From: Azolla caroliniana
Taxonomy: Eukaryota; Plantae; Polypodiophyta
Reading direction: 5' to 3'
DNA: 64,000 nucleotides
NCBI GenBank assembly: GCA_043228905.1
Contig: JBHGNT010000018.1
Coordinates: 16,926,001 to 16,990,000, forward strand
Position 1 is the stretch's first letter. Each line of letters starts with the position of its first letter. Below the pieces are notes generated by a model that saw only the letters and a list, made by a program, of their open reading frames with translations, was not told the origin of the DNA and did not search any database. Both the position numbers and the translations under genes were made by a program. This document shows positions 23,679 to 37,074 of this stretch, piece by piece.

Positions 23679-25393
23679 AAACACAACCGGAACCTGAACG
23701 GCAAACTGGTCAGCAGGCAAAGCCGGATTTGCAGGTCGACACGTTAGGCGGGACCGGCCACTGGCAAGTGAACCCATCAGCCAACCCTCCGTGCACACGC
23801 AACAACAGGGCACCTGCAGCCAATGGCTCCGGTGGATAGGAGAGTAGGTTGCCGGAGTGATACTGTATGTAGAGACGGAAGAACGAGCACAGATGAACGG
23901 TCAAGGATCTGGTGCTTTAAACAAGACTTGGATCGGGTTACAGAAGACATGGCCAAAATGGCCTTAACCGCAACATAGATCCAAGCACCGGTGACTCCGG
24001 TGGATGTACAGAATAAGGAAACAACCACGCCTGTACATACGAATAAGACCCAAAGACAGAAACCGTCCCGGAGAAAGATGCGGCGCAAGCCCAAGAGCTT
24101 GCTGAATTAAGAGACGAACTTGCTGCACAAGAAGAACTACGGAGCCGTGAACGAGATATGAAGAAAGCGGCAGAAGAGGAGTTAAAGAAGACTGTTGAAA
24201 ACCTCCGCCGGGCAGAAGAAAATCTACGGAAAGGGCATCAAGCTTACGACCAGCTAGAGGAAAAAGAAAAATTGTTGTAGGAGAAGGACAAGTTGCGACG
24301 GATGGCGGAAACGGAAATCGAAAGGCTAAAAGAAGAACTCCATCAACAAAAGGACCGGGAAGACCGCGCTCGCCGGCAAATCAACCAGAGGCTGAAGCAG
24401 AAGACAGAGGACTTCCACCACCTGCACCGGAACTTTAAGAGCTTGGACACGGAGCATAAGCAACAGCAGGAATGGATGGCCGAGCTCCGGCAGGAAGTTG
24501 ATAGGGCCACAACGGCACTCGCTGACGAACGGGCTGAGAATACAAAGCTATTGGAGGAAGCGGCGAGGGACCGGATGGAGCTCCACAAGCAGCACAATGA
24601 AGAAAAGGAGAGGGTGACAATGGTGTTACAGAGGTTGCAAACAACCTATCAAAGTCAATTGTCGCATTATAGGGAGCAGGAGGCGGACACGGTCAGAATC
24701 ATCAAGCAATTGAAAGAGGAGTGACAAGCCGTGGAGAACAAATCACAGATGGGAACCGAACGGACCCAGTGCATCCTCCGGGCATGGCTAAACAAGACAA
24801 AACGCTTGATTGACGAGAGCTCCGTGCGATGGTGGACGAAATGGGCGCAAAATACGGCTGAACTCTAGTTGCTCAAGGCGGACGCGGAAAACCGGCGGTA
24901 GGAAGGTGATGACTGTTACATGCTCACATCGGAGGACTTCACCGCCATAAAGGATGAGCTGGCAGAAGATTTCACAGCTCTGGCGGATGAGAAATTGGAG
25001 CAGGCCCGGCAACTCATAGCTCAACTGGACGACGATCGGATGGATGCTCAAATCCAGTTTGAGAGCTATGAGCGGTCCCGGCTTAGGGAAGAAAAAGCAA
25101 GGCAGGTGGCAACGGTCAACCTCAGTCATGAGGAACCGTCGCCGGTATAAGGACCAGACGGAGACCATGCAGGGGTAAGTCAACCAGAGACAACTCCGAC
25201 AGAGGAAACAACGAAGGAGACGCCGGTGCCAGAGCAACCATTGGAGCCGCAGCCAGAGTCGGAGCCACAAACGGAGAAGCAACCCCAGCCACAATCGGAG
25301 CAGCATTAGCAGCAACAACAACCACAAGAGATTCCCGTAGAACCACTAGAGACCCTGGAGCAAAGCATCCTGGATATCTTGGACGAAGAGTAA
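23679..25393 (+). pseudogene. Extra ORF3 of element C (coiled coil plus conserved C-terminal block)
   Basis: Coiled-coil ORF 24293-24724; block WWTKWAQNTAEL...ENRR...YMLTSEDFTAIKDELAEDFTALA aligns to D ORF3; ends SILDILDEE*. Confidence 0.78.
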
Positions 25394-25445
25394 GGGGCCG
25401 GTGTGGGATTCGACGTACAATGTATTGTCCGACGGGTATGCCATG

Positions 25446-25891
25446 TGTTACCCGGCCGGCAAAGACCAGGGTGTGAAAAGGGGAATTGTTATTTGGGAAT
25501 CTGTTGAAATTACTAGTCTTAATATATATATTAATATATGAGAAGATGTGGACGGACGGACCGGAATCAGTATGCCAATCTGGATCCGGACCAATCCCGA
25601 ATAGGTGCCAGTTGGCACTGTTTTGTACTTCGCACCGGTGACCTATATAAAGGCTCGATTACAATGTAGTCATTGACGGAGAGTAATATAAACCTTTTGT
25701 TTAATCATTGAGTATTGCTCACCGTTCTGTGCTTATTGTATATCTTACGCGTGTTAATGACGTATTGCTAAGTAACCGATTAGGGTCCAATTAAGCGTTG
25801 TGTCGCAAGTTATCTCGTCGTAACACCCTTTGGTGAAGTGTCTTAAGTGGACACCCTGTGTTAGGTTGTTGTCCGGACCTAAGGATTAACA
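25446..25891 (+). repeat. 3' LTR of element C
   Basis: Direct repeat of 3734-4179. Confidence 0.95.
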
Positions 25892-28326
25892 ATTGACTCT
25901 GAGGGAAGTTCGACATGTCCCCAATATCAGATTGAAGCTGATATCGATAGGAAGGTTGGATAATGAAGGCTACAATGGTAGTTTTTGAAACGGCAAGTGG
26001 AAGTTTGCCTAGGAAACCTCATTGTGGCCCAAGCACAGAAACAGGGCACATTGTATATCTTGCATGCCTGACTGTGCAAGTCGGAAGTGAATGTGGCAAC
26101 ACAACTCAAGTGGAGAGCTATAGCATAAGAGACTAGGCCACATGAACGAGAAGGGAATGCATATCTTGGCCAACTAGGAACTTCTCCCAAAAGTGAAAGG
26201 AGTGCACTTGGAGAAGTGTGTCGACTGCTTAGTCGAAAAGCACGACAGAGCTGCATTCCACTGAAGACCACCAAGAAGAAGAGGTGTCACTAGAACTGGT
26301 ACACATGGATGTGTGCTATGTAGATGCTCCATCGCCTCGAGGTGAACAGTACTTCGTGACATTTATTGATGACTACAGTCGAAAGTTGTGGGCTTTCGTA
26401 TTAAATTCAAAAGACCAAGTATTGTCGTTCTTCAAGGTTCCAGGCAAGGGCAGAAAGCGAGTCGGGTCGGAAGTTGAACGTTGTTCGAACTGACAATGGT
26501 GGAGAATATAAAGGGAAATTTGAGGAATACTACAATGCCCAAGGTATTCGAATCGAATACACAGTGGCAAAGACCCCTCAGTTGAATAGGCTTGCATAGA
26601 GGATAAATCAAACAATTATGGAGAGAGTAAGGAGCATGTTGTCGCATGCTAAGTTGCCGAAATCGTATTAGGCTGAGGCGATGTATACAACTATTTATTT
26701 GATCAACATGTCTCCCTAAGTGCCATTGAAAAGTGATGTCCCACAAAGGGTGTGGACAGGCAAGGATGTCTCCTACTGACACCTGAGGGTGTTCAGATGT
26801 TTAGTGTATATGATGTGGCTAAGGATCAGAGGTCGAAGCTCGATAGTAAGTCGAAACCATGCATATTCATGGAGTACTCAGAGGACGAGTTCAGCTACAG
26901 GCTGTGGGACCTAGTCGACAAGAAGGTACTGAGGAGTCAAGACGTAGTCTTCTTGGAAGACAAGACGATTGAGGACTAGAACCAACAAAAGTCGGAATTG
27001 ACTTCCCGATCAACTCCCACTACTATCGACTTAAGGCCAAGTGAATCGACACAATCGTCTATTCGGAGATAGCCAATTGGCACAATTGAATCCGAGTCTA
27101 TCGACTCGGAGCAACTTACCAATACAGATGAGTCAAAGGTCGCGGACTTGTTAAAGTCAATCGAGGAACATGAGTCAAAACTGGCTAACCCTCAATGACC
27201 GATCGACACATATGAACCCAAGTCGAGAGAAGAGTCGACAGAGACATCCAGACTAGAGCCAACAACGGGTGGAAGAAGATATCCACTCAGAGCAAGAAGA
27301 GCATTGATTACATATGCCAATCAATACATCCTCCTGACTGATGAAGGTGAACCTAAGTGCTATGATGAAGCCATTGCCGACGAGCACAAGGAAAAATGGC
27401 AAAGTGCAATGCAAGAGGAGATTCACTTCTTGCATGAGAATTACACCTATGACCTAGTAGAGTGTAAGAGAGCACTCAGAAATAAATGGGTCTACATGGT
27501 GAAGACACGAGAAGTCAACAACACACCCAGATATAAAGCCCACATTGTGGTGAAGGGGTATCAACAGAAAAAGGGTGTCAATTTTGACGAAATATTCACA
27601 CCAGTCGTGAAGATGACATCAATTTGAACTGTTTTGAGCATAGCTACCACTATGGCCTTGGCGATCAAACAGTTAGATGTCAAAACAACATTCTTGCACA
27701 GGGAGCTGGATGAAGAGATATACATGTAGTAGCCCGAAGCTTGTATGGTCTGAAGCAAGCTCCATGCCAATGGTACAAGAAGTTCGAGTCCTTCATGCTT
27801 GAAATTAACTTCCAGAAAACACAGGCAGATCATAGTGTGTCCGTGAAAAGGTACGATAAAGGTGACTTCTTGATTCTCTTTCTATATGTTGATGACATGT
27901 TGATAGTCGGACAAGACACGGAGAAGATCGTGAGCTTGAAGAAAGCATTAGGCAAGTTGTCTACCATGAAATATCTTGGATCGGCTAAACAGATTTTAGG
28001 GATGCACATAGTTCGGGATAGAACTAAGAAAGTGTTGTGGTTGTCACAAGAGAAATATGTGACAAAGATCTTGGAGAGATTCAACATGTCAGAAGCAAAG
28101 CTAGTCAGCTTGATGTTGTCGACCAACTGTAAGTTGAATGCTAAGCAATGCCCAAGAGGGGAGAAAGAAAAGATTGAGATGAGAAAGTATCGTATGCCTG
28201 AGCCATCGGCAGTCTAATGTATGTTATGGTCTGTACGAGACCGGACATAGCATTTGTTGTGGAAGCAATAAGCCGATACATGAGTAATCTAGGTAGAGAA
28301 CATTGGGCAACAGTAAAGTGGATACT
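25892..28326 (+). pseudogene. Copia B integrase-RT remnant
   Basis: LELVHMDVC, FIDDYSRK, RTDNGGEY, YGLKQAP, LYVDDML. Confidence 0.92.
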
Positions 28327-28913
28327 TGACAAGAAATACGCGGAATAATCTCCGGCAACCACTGAAGCGTAGATCACTTGACAACAATCGAACACAGAAG
28401 AAATGGGAATGGAGGTAAGTACATGAACAGAACAGAGAATACACAGGATGTTAACGTGGAAAACCCCGAGAGGGAAAAACCACGGGAGTCCACAGACTCC
28501 AAACTATCACTATGCCAACAATTACAATAGGGAGCACAGAGGCAACGACCTCCTGCTCACGATCTTCGCCTAGTGGCGGTTACAACAGAGACATACTCTG
28601 TATTGCTCTCTCTCTCTCTCTGTACAGTCGTTACACCAAAATTGCACACTCAATTACTGAGTTTTCCCTAGGTCATATTTATACTAATATGAATTTCGGC
28701 TATTTACAAAAATAGCCCCTGTGGGCTCTCTAGAACATATTTACATATATGTCCCTTCATCCGGTGAGAGGTTCTCACCCGGTCTTCTGATGTCGGGCCT
28801 GCAACATCCGGTTCTCACCGGGTCTTCCTTGCCGGGTACTCGTCATCCGATTCTCACCGGGTCTTCCGATGTCGGGCCTGCATATCCCATCCGGAGGGAC
28901 CGAGATCCTAACA
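28327..28913 (-). repeat. 3' LTR of element K with CCGG-rich tandem subrepeats
   Basis: TGAC...AACA ends; CATCCGGTTCTCACCGGGTCTTC-like units at 28758-28890. Confidence 0.85.
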
Positions 28914-31349
28914 AACTCCCCCTTCACTCCGGTATGGGATGCCTCGTCAATCTAATCCGCTTCTGGCATGCGTCTAGCTTGTCGGGTGTTAGCACCTTGG
29001 TTAGCATATCCGACCCATTCTCCTCCGTCTGGATCTTCATCAGCACGAACTCTCGGTCTTCTACTCGCTCCTGAATCCAGTGGTACCTCCGTTGGATGTG
29101 TTTTGTCCTGGAATGATACACTTCATTCTTCGCAAGGTGGATGGCACTTTGACTGTCGCAATAGAGCCGGTATTCCTCTTGCCGGATTCCTAGCTCTTCG
29201 ATGAAGTCCTTCATCCATCGTATTTCCTTGTCGGCTTCCACAGCCGCCATGTACTCTGCTTCCGTGGTTGACAACGCAACCGTCTTCTGCAGCCTCGATT
29301 GCCACGAAACAGCTCCCCCTGCATATGTCATGACATATCCAGATGTTGACCGGTTAGTATCCGCATCAGCCGACATATCCGAATCGGTAGAACCGTCAAG
29401 TTGGGGTTTACCTGAACCGAATCAAAGACACATACTTGAGGTGCCTTTCAAGTATCGGAGTATTCATTTTACCGCATTCCAGTGCTCCTTGTCGGGATTG
29501 CTCATAAACCGGCTCACCACTCCGACTGCATATCCGATATCCGGTCGGGTACACACCATTGCGTACATTAGGTTCCCGACGGCAAAGGCATATGGTATCT
29601 TCATCATATCTGCCTTCTCTGCCTTCATCTTCGGGCTTAGCTTACCGGATAACCTGCAGTTTGCCGGAAGTGTCGATCTGACTGGTTTCGCATCGAACAT
29701 GTTGAACCGCTGAAGCACCTTTGTCACATACTTCTCCTGTGACAGCCACAATTGCTTCGTTGGCCGGTCCCGGATGATATACATCCCCAGCATCTGTCTT
29801 GCCAAACCCAGGTCTTTCATTGAGAAGGTCCAGCTCAGGGCCTTCTTCAACATCCGTATCTTGACTTGGTCACGTCCGACGATCAACATGTCGTCCACAT
29901 ACAAGAGGAGTATCAGGAAGTCTCCACCTTCGAACTTCTTCACAAATACGCAGTGATCGGCCTGCGTCTTGTAGTACCCTTGATTGGTCATGAAGGTGTC
30001 AAACTTCCAGTACCATTGCCGGGGAGCCTGCTAGAAGTCCACGCCCTTCTTCTACTAGAACCCCTTCCTTCACCACAATCCTGGCCTTGTACCTTGGAGG
30101 GTTGCAGGCATCTCCCAGTTTCAACTTGTACACCCAGTACCCTTGATCGAAGTCCACGCCCTTCTTCTGCTAGAACCCCTTCCTTCACCACAATCCTGGC
30201 CTTGTACCTTGGAGGGTTGCAGGCATCTCCCAGTTTCAACTTGTACACCCACTTGTTTCGGAGTGCCCTCTTTCCTTTCGGCAACTCCACCAATTCATAC
30301 GTGTGGTTCTCATGCAGGGCATCCATCTCGTCCTGCATGGAACTCAACCACTTGCGGTTATGGGTGTCATCCTTCACTTTTTCGAAGCTTTCCGACTCCC
30401 CCTCATCGGTCATCAGCACATGCTCTGCATCCGGAAATCTCCGGGGGGGCCTTCTCTCTCTGAGAGGATATCTCCGTCTTTGGCTTTTGGCAACCGGCTC
30501 CTCCATTTGCTCTTCATCTGAATCCAATTCGGGGTCTTGTCAAGTTTTGGTTTCACCCATTCCTTCTTCTTCGGCCGGTTTTGTCTCTTCACCGTCACCG
30601 GCCGGTTCATCGAGTGCTAATCAGCTTCTTGCCGGTTGGAACTGCATGTTATCAAATCGAATTTTTTCCTTACCGGTCAACTCAGAGTTCATTATCTTCT
30701 TCTCCGACTCCCAGTCGGCGAGCGTCTTGTCCCCCATGAAGATAATATCTCGACTCCGGAATACTTTCTGGTCGACCGGGTCCCACACTCGGTAGCCGAA
30801 CTCATCGTCGTCGTAACCGAGGAATATGCATGGCCAGGTCTTCGGATCTAACTTTCCACTCTGGTCCTTAGCTACATTCACATACGCAAGACACCTGAAT
30901 ACCTTCAGATGCCGGTAGGACACTTCCTTACCGGTCCAGACTCTCTGCGGCGTGTCTCCGTCCAAGGGTACTAAGGGTGATCTGTTTATCACATATGTCG
31001 TCGTCGATAGTGCCTCGGCCCAAAACATCTTGGGTAATTTTGCAGGTGCCAGCATACTCCGGACCCTCTCCATTATGGTCCAGTTCATCCTCTCGGCCAG
31101 CCCGTTTAGTTCCGACGTCTTCGGCATAGTAAATTCGAGCCAGATTCCCTTCGAGCAACAGTACTCCTCGAACTGCCCCTAGTATTCTCCTCCGTTATCT
31201 ACTCGAACCGCCTTTAGCTTCCGGCCGGTTTCTCTTTCCACTCTCGCATGGAGCTCTTTGAAGATGGATAGCACCTGATCCTTCGTCTTCAACGGTGTGG
31301 CCCACAGCCTCCTGTTGTGGTCATCTATGAACATCACGAAGTACTGTGC
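28327..31349 (-). mobile_element. 5'-truncated Copia element K (close relative of J)
   Basis: 3' LTR 28327-28913, PPT 28914-28927, RH 28924-29376, RT 29464-29991, IN 30621-31349. Highly similar to J. Confidence 0.92.
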
Positions 31350-31522
31350 AAATCCATTAGTTGGGGAAGAAAGTGGAAGAAGCAGAGTTTACCCTTGTGA
31401 AAATCCATACTGACGACAATGGATCCGACATGCTAACGAAGAACCTACTGATGAACAAACTCAAATTCTATAAACAAAGAATAGGACTAGCCGACTCCAC
31501 CCATAGGAGTGAAGGGGGAGTT

Positions 31523-31798
31523 TGTTAGGAATATGTCCCTCCTATGGGAGAAACCGACAGTCGATGTCATGGTGAGTCGACTGAGAGAGAGTCGACAACA
31601 TTGTAAGTGATCCAAGTCGAAGACACGACCAACTAGTCAGGTCGACCATATTGTCGACGAAACGACCGACTAGTCTGGCCAATTGGACAGTCCACACAAG
31701 TGTCGGGTGATTAACTATTATTCTTATTAGAATAATAACAAAAGTGAGAGTAGTAGGAAGTTGGAACTATATTTGTAAATAGCCCATAAAGTGTACAA
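31523..31798 (+). repeat. 3' LTR (truncated) of Copia B
   Basis: Starts TGTTAGGA immediately after the PPT. Confidence 0.85.
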
Positions 31799-33887
31799 TG
31801 GCGCCTCTCAACCCGCCGGCTCCTCTGTGTTAGTGTCGACTTCCGTTGCCCAATCGATTTGACTCCCTCGAATCGAACATTCTGAGTGAATCGACAATTT
31901 CTGATTCACTTCGACTCTTGACCGAATCGGTTGTCTCCGATTCGTTCTCGGTCGTGTTTGATTTGGCTGCCTCCAACTCGTCCTCGATCTCCAGACCCTT
32001 CACAACATCGAACCACGTCCCTGTCTTGGTCTTCTTGGCCTTGTTGGCTTTACCTTCCCCTTTTCTCGGTTGGCTTTGACTTCGGCCTCCCTTTGTGGTC
32101 ACTCCCCCTGCATTTGACAAGTTTCCACTTGTCTATTTTATTTGCACTTGTCCATCCGTCCTCGGCTTCTTCATCCGACTTGAACATTCCGACTTCAACA
32201 GTTAGTCCGAAATCGAAAATGTCATCCAATTCGGCTTTCTAGACATCATCATTTCTCTCCTCCTTTCCGTTGGAGACCAAGCAGGCCTGAAAATTGCCGC
32301 AACTTGTCCAGGCTAGGAGGTTTGGTGAAGATGTCAGAAGGCTGCCTATCCGTCGGAACATACACCAATTTGACTTCACCGAAGAGGACTCGCTCTCGGA
32401 CAAAATGGTAATGCACCTCAATGTGCTTTGTCCGGGGGTGGAAGATGGGGTTCTTCGCCAGCTCGATGCTACTAAGGTTGTCGGATAAGATCATCGTCAG
32501 ATCAGACACCTCCATCTGCAGATCTTTTAATAACCGTTTAAGCCAAATGACTTCGCATGTCGCGACAGCCGCTCCTCGGTACTCGGCCTCGATGCTCGAC
32601 AGTGAAACTATCGGTTGTTTCTTAGTGCTCTAGGCGATCGCGGCACTGCCAAGTGAAAACACGAATCCGGAAGTTGACCTTCGATCGCCGACGTTTCCAG
32701 CCCAATCGACATCCGTATAGCCAACTAATTGTCCGGCTATACCGGCCCGATAAAGCAATCCCCTATCCTTAGTGCAACTAATGTATCTAAGAATTCGGTG
32801 TGCACATTGCAAGTGCCCCACGATTGGATGCGCCATGAATTGACTAATCAGTCAGACCAGATAGCTGAGGTACGGTCGGGTGATGGTCAAATATATGAGG
32901 TTTCCGACTATTTGCCGGAACCTTTTCGTGTTGCATGCTAGTCCGAGGTCGGGGCCAAGCTTCACATTCCTATCCAGAGGAGTTGAGACGGATTTGCATT
33001 CCGTCATACTGATTTTGAAGAGCATACTCAACACATAATGGTGTTGACTGCTCAGTATGCCTTATGGGGTGCGGATCACTTCGATCCCCCGAGATCCTTC
33101 ATTTCGAATGATGTCGTGAGTTCGGACTTGATGCAATCGATTTCTGCTAGGTCGGCACCGGTGATGACTAAGTCATCAACATAAAGTAAAATACTGACTG
33201 GCCCAAACCGACCTTGCCGGATGAAGAGTGAAGAATTTGACTTGGATGTTGCAAACCCCAACCGACGCAATTGTTGCGTGATCTTCGCGTTCTAGGCACA
33301 TGGGGTTTGCTTTATTGCGTAAAGGGGTGATCTTCGTGTTCCAGGCACGTGGGGTTTGCTTTATTCCATAAAGGGACTTCTTCAGTCAGTAAACAACCGA
33401 CGTGTTCATTCTGGACTGAAAATCGGAGGGTTGGACCATATACACTTGTTCCTCAAGGTCACTTTGCAGGAACACATTTTCCACATCAATCTGATGTAGA
33501 TGCCACCTCTTCGCCGCTACCACCGCAAGAAAGACACAGACGGTCATCATATTCATGACCGGCGCGAAGATCTCGTCATAATCGATTATGTGCTGCTGCG
33601 CATAGCCTTTTGCCACCAATCGGGCCTTGTACCGGTTCATGTAGCCGTCGGCATTGTATTTTACCTTTTACACCCACCAGCAAACCAATTGGCTTCAGTC
33701 CTTTCGGTACATCCACCAAATCCCATGTCTCATTTTCAATGAGTGCGTGCATCTCTTCCTCCATGGCCTTCTGCCAGATCGGATCCTTAACCGCTTCTGC
33801 ATAGCTCTCCCCTCACGCATGGCTGCCACCTTCACCATGTACGCATAATGATACTCCATATACTCGTTATATCCGTACCGAACTACA

Positions 33888-34323
33888 TGTTAACTCTTCG
33901 GGCCGGACAATGGCCTAACACAGGGTGTCTACGGGAGACACTTCACCAAAGGGTGTTACGGCAACCGGATTAGACTTCAACGCTTAATCCTACTTGATTA
34001 AGTTACTTATTATGATCGTCTTTCATAACACATGCGTAAGATATAACAATTAAGACAGAACGGCAATTAACACAGAGAGATAACAATGCTTAAGCTTTCA
34101 TTAATTAACCGCTAACTATTACATTGTATCCGGGCCTTTAAATAGGTTTCTGGTTTGTATTACAAAACGGTGCCATCCGCACCTGTTCGGGATCGGTCCG
34201 GATCCGGACCGGCATACCGTTTCCGGTCCGTCCGTCCACACTCATAGCTTAATTACAACCACATTCCTACTACTTAAATAACTCTCCGTTTCCCACTCTG
34301 GACTCCCTTGCCGGCCGGTGACA
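33888..34323 (-). repeat. Solo LTR related to the element C LTR
   Basis: TG...CA ends, perfect 5-bp TSD CTACA; reverse complement aligns to 3734-4179 (CCGGCCGGCAA..., GGACGGACCGGAA, ...TTAACA). Confidence 0.92.
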
Positions 34324-37074
34324 CTACATGGTGCTTTTGGCGGGTGGATCGGCGTAACTTCTGGTTTGTCAATGTCGTGGCCCTTTTGGCCTACTCGGAC
34401 TTCTCTTCCGAAGGTCCGTCTTTGTTCTCTCCGGAGTTGGACTTGCTCCAATCCGACTCTTCCCGTTCGTGCCATACTCCGCCAGCCTCTTCTTCCCTTT
34501 CTTTTTGTGCGTGAACCGTCTCCTCGGTTCCTTGCTTGGGGAGAGCATGATCGAGACTTCACTACCTGCCGGCTTGTCATCCGGTTGACCATTTTGGCTC
34601 AACTAGCCCGGATTCAATCCACTGATCCAGAGGAAAGTCGGACTATCCGGTTCGAATTCCGCAATGTTTCCTTCTGTTCCGGAGTCAGTTGCTTTGTCCA
34701 CTGCAATCGGCTCGGATTTGAGTGATGAGAAGTACCAAGATACGGATTCATCGGAGACTACATCACAGCTAACTCGGACTTTCTTCAAATGGGGGTGGTA
34801 GCACTTGTACCCCTTCTGTTCGTCGGAGTAGCCCACCAGGATGCATCTAGTTTCTTCAGCTTCTCATCTGGCACATGCACATAGGCAATGTTGAACGAAT
34901 ACCCGAAGGTGTGCCAAATTCGGCTCCTGCTCGAAATACAGTTCGTGCGGCGACACCTTTTTCCCTGAGGCAGATGTCCGATTTTGTATGTAGACGGTGG
35001 TCCGAATTGCTTCGGCCCAATAAATCCCGGGCATGCATTTCTCTACTAGCATCGCCCTTGCTGCTTCTACCAACGTCCGATTCCAATGCTCGGCCATGCC
35101 GTTCTGCTCTGGTGTGTAACTATAGGGGAGTTCTCGTCAGATTTGCTTCGTTTGTAGATAACTCGTGAAATGGCAGGAAAAGTACTCTTTTCCGCCATCT
35201 CATCTCAAACACTTGATCTTCCTTTCGGTTTTTTGTTCTACATGATTCTTGAAGTCCTAGAAGCACGAGAAGACTTCTCTCTTCTTCTTGATTAAGTAGA
35301 TCCAAGTGTGTTGGCTGAAATCGTCGATAAAGGAGACGAAATATGGACTCCCGCCAATGCTCACATTTTGAGCTCGTCCCGTCTCCCCACACATCCGAAT
35401 GGATGAGATCGAGCAAATTCCGGCTCCAATTCTTCACATTTGGGAACGGAAACCTATGTTGCTTCCCGGGCTAGCAAGATTCACATACTTGGCCTTTCTG
35501 GCCATTGAACTTCAGCAGTTCGGAAACCATGCATTCCGATTGTATCTCTTGAAGCTTCTGGAAGTTGATGTGGCCAATCTGCTTATGCCAGAGGTCGACA
35601 TTTGACTCGACCTTCTTCCCTTTCGCAAACATAGCGGTGCCTACATCATTGGTTTCGAGGATGAACAATTTTCCATCTTGGCGCCCTTGCGCGATGATCC
35701 GACCTTCCTCCTCAATGAAGCAACCGCGGTGAGTAAACCGGACCTGCATTCCTTGATCTATGATCTGGTCAACCGACACCAAGTTCTTGGTGATCATCGG
35801 GACATGCAAGAAGTTCCTCATGACCCATTTCTGGCTGACATTGGTCAAAGGGACATCTCCGATGTAATGTGGGGTGTTGTCTCCGGTTTCGACTACCCCC
35901 GTCTTCTCCGGCTTCTCCAACTTCTCAAGAAAGGAGAACCACTCATTGTGGTTCATCATATGATTTGAAGCTCCATAGTTTATGTACCAGACCTCTTCTG
36001 ACTTCGATTCAGATACTCCCATCTAGTTGGCCATATGCTTCATTACGAGATCTAGACCCGACTCGGCTCTCTCCAAGCTTCCGACGTAGTGCGATCAGTG
36101 AAGTCTATCTGCGTCTTTCCAGCTCGATCCAGCTTTGTCTGAATCGGCTCTTTTCTTCGCACTCGCTTTCTTTGTGACCTTTCCGGCCACAGTACCAGCA
36201 TTCCATGTCGACTTTTCCTTGCCGATTTCCAGCGCCGCTTTGACTACCCCTACTTCCAAAGGGTTTGGAATTGATGTTGGCACCATCTTTGTGCCTCCTA
36301 TTCTGCTCTTGTCAGCCACCTGCATTGCGCGCCGATCCACCACAATCATGTGGCCTCTCTACTTCCGTGTACAACATCCTGTTGTCGGTGTGCGTGCTCG
36401 TCGACGCGCCCACGTGGTTCTCCTCTACAAGGGGCATCGACTGTGAGTCGAAAAACGAGGGCGTATTCTCCCTTGTACATACTGATGTCCGGATTGTTCC
36501 AAACTTCAACATTAAACCCCTGAGACAGACCTGCGCCATCTCATCTTCCTCGACGTTCACGTTAATGGAGGCAAGTGAGTCGCAGATGTCTTTGATCCGG
36601 GTCGTGTAGTTAGCCACCGACATGTCCTTCTATTGGAGATTGCTCAACTCTTGTAGGAGTTGCAGTTTCCAGGTCGTGGTGCTTGCGGCGAAGACCTTCA
36701 TTAGGTTTCCCCAAGCTTCCTTTGGCGTCTTGGCATCCCGGATATGGCTGAGCAACTAATCTCCAACACTGAACGCAAAGAAGTACATTACCCTGCTTGT
36801 CGCTTGTTCCCAAGCCGGGAAGGCCCTATGTGCCGCATCAGGTGCCGTATCGTTAGCTCCGTCGACATAACTCCAATAGCCATGCCCGATCAGGTATTGG
36901 TCCATCTTGTACGACCAGGATGCATAGTTGGATCTGTTGAGCTTCTCCGTCGGGAGCGAGCTAACCATTCATCGGTCCATTCTCTCCTTCTTGTTCTTTA
37001 CCAGGTGTTAGGGTTTGTCTATGAGCATCATTCGTCAGTAGTAGAGGATTCTCAACTCTCGCACTCTGATACCA

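Larger units (their letters stand above)
3734..25891 (+). mobile_element. Non-chromoviral Ty3/Gypsy element C (Athila/Tat-superclade-like, no extra RNase H seen), full span with nested D and E
   Basis: LTRs 3734-4179 and 25446-25891 (TGTTA...TAACA, ~95% identical by eye). 5-bp TSD ACTGA/ATTGA restores the host B frame. gag-PR-RT-RH-IN remnants at 4482-4703 and 20390-23578. Confidence 0.93.
2645..31798 (+). mobile_element. Degenerate Copia element B, interrupted by Gypsy C (3734-25891) and Copia K (28327-31349)
   Basis: gag 3104-3733. The frame rejoins across C as GCRL|TLREVRHVPNIRLKLI. IN/RT remnants 25892-28326, RNase H end 31350-31510, PPT GTGAAGGGGGAGTT 31509-31522. LTR homology between 2650-2790 and 31640-31798. 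Confidence 0.88.
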
